Of a DNA stretch of 36,172 nt, positions 22,301-31,300 are shown one piece after another; the first letter of the stretch is position 1, and each line of letters starts with the position of its first letter. The translations under genes and the position numbers were made by a program. Source of the stretch: Catajapyx aquilonaris (lineage: Eukaryota); contig JYFJ02003940.1 in the NCBI GenBank assembly GCA_000934665.2, positions 1-36,172 on the forward strand, read 5' to 3'. Under the pieces are notes generated by a model. That model was not told the DNA's origin. It searched no databases and worked only from the letters and a program-made list of their open reading frames with translations.

Positions 22301-25300
22301 AGATGATGGTGGAAGCATAGTTGGAGTCTGTGCTGAAACTACAACTTCTGCTGATGCATCATTCAGGTTGGCAGCAGCATAATTAAGTTCCGACTGTAAC
22401 TGGCTGTATGCTTTGTCAGATGAAGGAAACTGTCCACTGTTCAGAATGCTTGTTGCATCAGATATTGATTGTATGGCTTCATCTACATCTTTTTGTCCCG
22501 GAAGGCAATTAACACATTTATTAAGGGCCTGTTGAAAAAATTAAGTTGTGAGAACCATCATTAAAAAATGACAAGTCACAGCAACTCACCCGTGATACAC
22601 TCTTTGCAACTTGTGACAGATGTTGCTCTGTTGCCTGCCCCTGAGGATCATGCAACGCTTTTTTGGCTTCCAATACAAGACTGTATGATTTGCCCATAAC
22701 TTCTTCAGCACTATCAATTACCCTGTAAACAATGATCAGCTTGTAAGGTGACTTACTACATGGCAGTACTTTGGGGCAAGATACACCCACATCTAACACT
22801 TCTGGGTCACAAAGTTGCTTCTTTCGTATACTAATGAAGATATTGCATGAACAGTTTCAATGAGTTTTCTCCATGCATGAATGACTATACTAAGGGTAGG
22901 GTAAAGCATGTACAGTGATGGCCAGTTTAGCATATTGGTCTCAGTAATACATGAATATCCTCATGTTCACACTGCATCGAATTCACTCACATATGTCAGA
23001 ATGTGTATACAGGGTGGTTGATAAATGGCGCACAAGCTTCAGGTAGCGAGATTCCTTGTGAATAACCAGTATATGGAAGTGAAGGTCCTACTGCTCTACG
23101 ATGCATAGTAATAGGCCTCACGAAGCCTCCGAAAGTTGGACCTGCGAAATTCAAACGCTACCGTATCTCGGAAAGTCTATTGTTTATCCGCACCTAGCGA
23201 CGCGGTGGGATTGGCAGGGCGGCGTGTGCTCCAAACATGTTGGCTACGCGTCGCAAACAACCGGTTGCCGGGAGAGCATAACAAAGGGCGTCTTCTTACC
23301 CCTGCCACACGAACCGTTCAGACGAGTGCTAGGACCACAGTATTAATGAAGGAGGTGGGAAATATGAAAGCCATGATGGTTGCTGCAGTCCGTTAACCCA
23401 AAGAAGGATATGATGTCACACCAGCCGTGTTTTCTGAGCGTGTGCAGTAGTATGCCTGCAGAGTGAGTCGTGGGCATGATTGGAGGGGAGAGCCAGGTGG
23501 TGGCAGGCGGAACTTGGCGTCATGTAGTTCGCTGGTTTAACGGACTGTGTGAAGGTGTACTTCGCGCTTGGCAAAGCCACAATAACGTTCGTTGGCCTGC
23601 GGCGCCACAAGACGGACAGTAAATGTTGTGGATACAGAAACCCACAATAAGCGCCCAGCTCCGCTATCGCTCCGCAAAAACTAAAAATATCATGCACGGG
23701 CGATGTACCATGCCTGGCAGGGCCACAACAATGTACATTACTGTTGCGGTAACAAAAAGCCATACAGCAACACCAAGACAAAGGGCTATTCCATCCACTT
23801 AATCACCTCAAAATCCCGAATTGAATCCCCGAAAGCCCGAAAAGAAGAATAAAGCACAGTTCCATGTAACCATGCAGCAGTATCAATAGGCACCCGATTG
23901 TTTGCGACGCAACGTTGCCAACTGTCGGGAGGCCTACCACCGACCGTATTGTTAAGGTATCTCTACCGTATGCAGTGCGTTGCAATGACGCTGTCCCCCG
24001 CCTTTCCTTGAGTAATTTAAATGCTACCGTATCGTGACAACGATTCAAGCTGTCCACACTGGGTATTGGTGATGGCCAGTTGGCAACACTGGTCACTTGC
24101 AGAAAAGTACAGTAGTAGTTCATGGAACGTCACTACATTTTCGAGAACCGTGCAGTACACAATGGCCTACACTGCTAGGAAGTACTGCGACATGTACTTG
24201 ATCCTGGGCGAATGTGACCCCTCCCCACTATGGACGTGACGTACGGCAGTGACTCAACGACACCTACTGTCCTCGGTGGATTGTCTGCGGAAGCCGTGTG
24301 GCATGGCCTGTCAGGTCCCTTGACCGCAATCCTTTATATTATTTCTGCGTGGTCATCTGAACAAACTCATGTCTCAGATGCTATGGATTGGCGTGCATGA
24401 CCTGGTGGCAAAGCTCCATGCCGCAGTTGTCACCATTGATGGGGCCAGGTTGAAACATGCCATGGGGTCGAGTCTCAGTTGTACTCATCTCTGTGTGGAG
24501 GGAGGGCATTTTGAGCACCTGCTTGCTTAATAAAGTTTTGTTATTGTTATTCTTGTTATTGCCATTTGTTTCCCCACGCAGGCCTACTGTAATTCCAATC
24601 TGTGACTATGAGTCATAATCGCATGGTACAGTACAGTAGTGAGATGCAGGCAGTGGAGGTCGTTGCGAGAATCGCACGAACATGTAAGTACAACGGTGCC
24701 ATGGTCAAGTCGCACCTTATCATTCATTAGGGTTGTCCCATTCATTCCTAGATTGGTAATAATCATTGTCACCACATACAGTAGCAATACGGTAGTGTTT
24801 GAATGCCTCTCGGAAAGGTGGGAAACGGTGTCACGAAAACGCACTGCATACGGTAGAGATACTTCAGCTTGTTTGAATTTCGCATGACATCATGATTTGG
24901 GTCCAACTTTCGGAGGCCTTGTGAGGCCTAACTATGCATAGTAGAGCAGTAGGACCTTCAATTTAATACACTGGTTTTCAGAAGGAATCTCGCTACCTGA
25001 AGCTTTTGCGCCACTTACTGACCACCCTGCATATATTTAAATGCACAAAATACACTACCTAAAAGACAGGAATGGCCAGGTGTCAAGATAGTGATGGCCA
25101 TGGCAGCAAAACAATAAGCTATCTACACTGATATCACTGAATATTTTATTTTGCAAGTATTCGTCCCATACAAGAATAGGCTTTGACCGTTACGCACAAT
25201 AAGATAGGCCTATGGATTTGCTAGTGCTGCTTATTTCCTACTAAATCATTGCTGTCATTTCTCCAAAAATAACTCTCATGATCTGAGAGTTAGACCTATA

Positions 25301-28300
25301 TATGTGGCATTCAATTTTTTAAAGTCTAACACAGTAATGTCCATCACTATGAAACGTTATTAGATGCTGGACAGTCATAGCCATCTTAATGAATTCATAC
25401 TCCAGAACAAAGGGACTGGTTTCAATCTTATGCTTCAATAAAGAACTTCTAGACCAATAATTTCATATACCTCGCATTGCTTTCGGGATATTTATGAGAC
25501 CAGAAACACACTTACAATGCAAGACAGTCCTTATGAAAAAAATTCAACATTTACCAGCTGCATTCCAACATGACCAGTGGATCTCTGTGTCAGATGCCAT
25601 TACTGCTCCTGCAATGCCCGATGTGGACTGATTTTCGACCTAGTTCATGCCAGGGACCACAGTGTCACACCATGATCATTTCTGCATGTTATGGCATTTG
25701 CATGGCTTATTTCTTAAACAACCAAAATGCAGTGGGCAATCACTGTGCGATTTACCCTACTCCTCTTTCTGCTTACTCTCAAAATCCATCAACAAGGAAC
25801 GGACAATAATTGAGTTAGGTATTTAAAAGAGTGCAAGAGTGCATGTCTGTCATTTACTACCTACTTGTTATTCATTATTATTGACACTTTGAAAATGCTA
25901 AATGTCTCGAAATAGAACACTCCTTAAGATTTGAACCTGTTATTAACAGATCTGTCAGAAAAAAGTGTCATTGTCCCCCACCAATTCCAATCCAATGTCC
26001 CACCCACTCACCTGTGTCGCACAATGGTATCATCTGTGGTAGCAGCAATGCCTCGAACTGCACTAGTGAGATCCTTGAGAGAATTGGCCGTGTCCCGAGC
26101 AGCCATTCCAGTGTAGTTTTCATTGCCTTGAAGAGCAGCAGACAGCAGTTGAGCCATGTTAGCACCAACCACTCTTGTTGTAGTGCTGAGTTGCAGTGCG
26201 GTGTTCTCAGCCTGGAAAATGTGTTCATTTTATATAATAGCTGGAAGGAGCAATATTGATCCCAACAAGAATCCAATACAAGTTCATGAAGCACTAACAA
26301 TATAACCATATGATCAGCTTTCCATGTCATGTCTCACAAAATTTGCAAATCAACTTCCTAATTATCATCCTTTCTTAATAACCCCCACTACAATTATCAT
26401 CTAGAACTATATTTTTTTACATTACAGGTAGAAATTTCTCAGAATGAGTCCCCATGTATGGAGCTAGCCAACCTACCGTTTCACCTGGGAGTGGGCGCAG
26501 CTCTAGTGTATCAGCTGCTCGTCTAAATGCTTCCAGTTCATCCTTCAGTGACAAGATCATGTCAGCAGCAGAATCCAACTCCAGTGATGCACACACTTCT
26601 TGTGCTTTACCAAGTGCTGTCCGTAAGTCAGTCAATGCCTGAGCTGTTTGCTTGGCTGTGTTGGACAGTTGCATCACTGATGACTGATCAGTCACAGTTG
26701 GGAGAACAGCCTTGGCAGCTTGAACCATACGTGTGCCAGGCTGCATGGCATAAATTATTTCAACAATGATAACTAATAGCCAGCAAGCTATACTACTTCA
26801 CATCAAATTCACCTGTATTAGCTGATTGCTAGCATTGATGAGTTGCAGCTGTGCTGGTGGGTTCTCTGGATCTGCTTCAATATATTTAATCCCTTGGATC
26901 AGCTTGGATATGAGTGTGTTCACAGTTTCACACTCAATAAGAAGTTCTTCCTGGGTTGTTCGATTGGTGTTATGGGGTGCCACACCCTGAGCCGCTGCAA
27001 CACATTGCCTGCATGTGGCTGCAGCATGTTTGGCAGCACTCTGTAAAGGGACTGCTGGTATTTGGAGTTCACAGCATTACGGATAGTGTTATACCTCTAG
27101 TTGCCGTATCACACGCTTCTTTAAAGCACTGCTAGCAGCAACTGTAGTGACATGGCGCAGTTCCTCCGCAGCTTGACGAAGCTGCATCTGGTGTTCGGTG
27201 GAGTATGGGTTAGAAGCACATGCTTTTGCAGCTTCTACCATACGTGCTGTTGCATCAGCTAGAAGTCTGGCAGCCGCAAGAAGTCTGCGTTGCAGGTCAG
27301 AATTTGGCTGCTCCTCTGCCTCACCCTGAATTAATAAAAAGATTGTATATTTAACCTCTCTCAATTATCTCAGGGCAATTCCTCATTATTGTCAAATATG
27401 GTGAGAGAATATTACTGCCCTACTACTATTGCCTATTAACTTACTATTACCATACTGTGATTTTGATAAGGCTTCCATGATCTAGTCATTGATCTGTTTA
27501 GGGAATTATTGGAATAAGTTCATGTGCCTATTTCAGCAAGAAGGCTTTTTTCCTCAGATTCTAACATCTGACTTAAACATTTTCCTATCCCTGCCAGTAT
27601 ATGAGAGCTCTGTGAAACTAGCATACAGTATATCTGTTATAATTTCTTGTGACATAACACATGACAGACCTTGATAGCCTGAATGAGCTGAGCAGTGGCC
27701 TGTGCCAGAATTCGGGCCTGCTTCACCATTTCAGCTGCATCACCAGTTGAGGCTGAGAGTCGATCAGTAGCAACCAGGATAGTTTCAACAACCTGCTCTT
27801 GCACACTCTCCTGTGCCCGTTCTCGAGGTCCCATTCTGGAAAATCCAACACATCGAGTTATGCCTCATTTGCAAAAACCCTGTTGCCCTCAACTCACTTG
27901 ATATGATTCAGCAAGTTGTTGAGAGCACGTGTGACCTCTGTAGCAGCTTGGCTGAGTTCTCTAAGAATATGCTCATCTTGGCAGCTTTGTTGGCATATGC
28001 GCACTACTTCTTCCACTGCTCGCGCTACTTCCCGTGCTGCAACGATCAACTGCTGTTGGCATGCTGGACTTGTGATAGTAGGTGCCACAACCTGTCAAAT
28101 AATTTAAAACCATTTTTCATTAATATCTATGTTCAGTGTACTTCACTCTATGCTTACATTGAAATTCTCATCAAAAACTGTCTTTCAAAAAAAACAAATC
28201 CCCAAATCTCATGTTACAGAGTTAATAGTATGGTAAATCTTTAAAATAACAAAAATTAAACAATTCTTGAACAACATACTGTGTATGGGCTTAATGACAT

Positions 28301-31300
28301 TATTTTGTTTCTCCAAGAAACATACCAGAGATCTCTCCATTTACATCATCTTTATGAGATCAAGGATGCTTACGCGTATCATGCATCATCAATGATGTAC
28401 AGTCGGCACGGAAAAGGTAAGGACACATTGAGGATTCTGGAACCGTCAATGTGTCCTTACCTTTTCCGTGCCGACTGTACAACTTCATTGAAAATAATGG
28501 GTTCCACATTTCAGAATGACAATATTTCTAGGCAGTTACACTGCCTTCGCAGGCTCACCTTAGCACAAGCAACCAGTTGTGAAGTGGCCAGAGCGCACTG
28601 TGTAGCCGCACTAATGACATCGTTGTGGGTATCTTGATCAGGACACTGTGCAGCAACATTCTTGGCTTTGTGAACTAAGGCTGCAGCTGAATTGGCCACT
28701 GCCTTAGCTAAACCCAGAAGTACATCCTGCATCTCTCGACTGCTTTCATCTTCTTCCTCAATGGTGGCCAACACTTGATGTGATGCTTCACCAACCCTGC
28801 TGGCAGCACTAAGTAGGTTCTGTCGAGGCTACAAAGCAAATGGTCATACAATGCATTATGAACCAGGCATGCAATATGTAAGTTACCTTACCTCTACTGT
28901 CTCGGGTTCTGCTGCTCGCAACAAGTCACTGAAGGCATAGCACAGCTTTCGTGCTGCATCAAGTAGGCGCTCTCCTGATGTCTCATCCTCCATGAGTGCC
29001 GCAATCATTCGCACACCTCGAGTCATCTCAGGAAGGTTGGTAGTGATTGTATTGATGGCTGCACCTACTGCTGTATGGTCCACCTCATCTGGAGCACCTA
29101 TTAAATTACATACTTGGTAACTTGTCAAAACTACTTTAACCACCTCTCAGTACCTGATGTGAGAGTCACCACCTGAGCTGTGGCAGCATTCATGGCTGCA
29201 ATTTGGGAACTGACACTTTGCTTGTTAGTGTCAAGTGTTGTCTGCTTCCATCTTTGTGAGGCCTGGGAAGAAAACGTCATGAATCCCATAGACACTAACA
29301 AATTTGTCAAGCTTACAGGGTCCAAGCCTAATTCAGGTAGCTGTGCTTTTGTTTCCAGCTCTCGTTCTGCAGCGGATATGGCTTCATGTCCTGAACTGAT
29401 AGTACTAATCAAAGCCCGTTGAGGTGCAGTCATGACTGTAGTCACCTTTGTTTGATGCAGCTACAAAGTTTTGCAAAAAAAATAAAAAATCATTATCCAT
29501 CATGCAGTGGTTTACCATGGAATTTAAAGCCCAGCAGTTATCACACCATACATACTTTTGTCCATTCAGTCCCATCTGGGGAAGCTTGTAACGAAAAGTA
29601 AACATAACATGCATAAGAGGATAAAAGATTATTGAGATTATGGCGGACAAACCAGAAATTACCAATACTGTCACCAAACTACATGCGGTGCAAGACTTTC
29701 AGAATAGCGACCTGCGCTAAACCTCAGAACCCAAACAAAAAACATAAGCTGTATGAGGATTATTTTTTTTAACACAATGTGAACTAAATACCTCTGTGCT
29801 AAGTCCAAAACCTAGAAAGCAATTTGGTACCAACAATGATACACGATTTCCCTAGCAATCTTGGCTCAAGTGGCACACATATGAGGGGTGTTTCATAAGA
29901 TACCTACCAGTACGTGAAGGAAACATTCTAGAATGTTGTGAATTATAATGCATCTTGACACTCTCATAATGTAATGCATCTTCTCCATTTGCTTGTCAAG
30001 GAAGAGATCCTATCAGGAAAAAAAGTAAGTACCCCCTTCCAACCAGGTCTCCACAATCTTGAGCCTAAACTGCATGATATTTGTGGTCTGGTGCATTGTC
30101 CTGCAGAAGCAACACTCCCAATGACAATTTTGCCGAGTGTTTCTACTGGATCACTGACCAGACATTTCAGTGTGTCAGCATACACAATTCCCCACCACAG
30201 CCTGCCCACTAAACTTCTTTAGGGGAGGGAAGCCAGTATGCTTCCATTGCATCAATTTTTGCTTGGTCTCCTATTCATGATGATGGACCCACATTTTATC
30301 ATCAGTCACAATTCTGGAGAAAAATAGCTTCAGATTCTCATCATGTCTCTCCAAACTCTCTCTACTGCACTGGACATAATGTTCCTTCTGCACTGCTGTC
30401 AGCATTATTGGCACCCATCATGAGGAAACTTCGCCAGGCAGAGTGCTTCATGTAAGATTTGATAAACGCTGGTTTCTGAGATGCCCACTTCCCATGCTCA
30501 TGTGATCTGCAATTGGCTCTCCTTCATCATCTTAAATTTCGGCACATTTTCAAAATAGTGATTTCTACAGGATGTCTGAGGAAGGGGCATCTTCCATGGA
30601 CTCTGTCCCACTTGAATACTCATTCAAACATAAATTGACTCATCATAAGGATGGTGCACCATAACCACACACACACACGTGGCCTTGCACACCTTCTCAT
30701 AGGTCACAGTTGTTGAGTTCTCCTCCTTTGTGAGAAACTTCATGACTGAATGGTGCTAAATTGTTGAAAGATGAATCTCTTTACCAACATATTGCTAACT
30801 AAAATGTGCTGTCTTTCGTCTCAACCGTGTCCAATGTGGGCATGGATTATTATTACAAATGTTTAATGCCAAATGTATAATATAAATCCAGCATCATCAT
30901 TTGTTTTTACACGAGTAGGTAAGTTATGAAATTCCCCTCATACACTTCCAGCAATATAGTTGGAAGCCTGTTACTTTAGAAGTTGAGGCATTCCTGTTGG
31001 TTGCTGATCACTAGCCTACAAGCCCATGAGGCAGATGACTATTCAGGCAACATGACTGCACAGATCACTTGACCAACAGAATTTCCACAAAATCTTTATA
31101 TGACAGGGTTCCAACAAAATGCTTGCAACATATGAGCAAGCTGACAAAATCAAATATTTGTCACATCTGCATGAGGCAGGTTCACAAAATTACTGCACTT
31201 CCACTAGAAGAACAGAAAATATACATGAAAGCCATAGTGTATATTTATATAACACACTGTTTTTGGTCAAAAACACTACCCTCCAGGTCCTGAATGCGCA

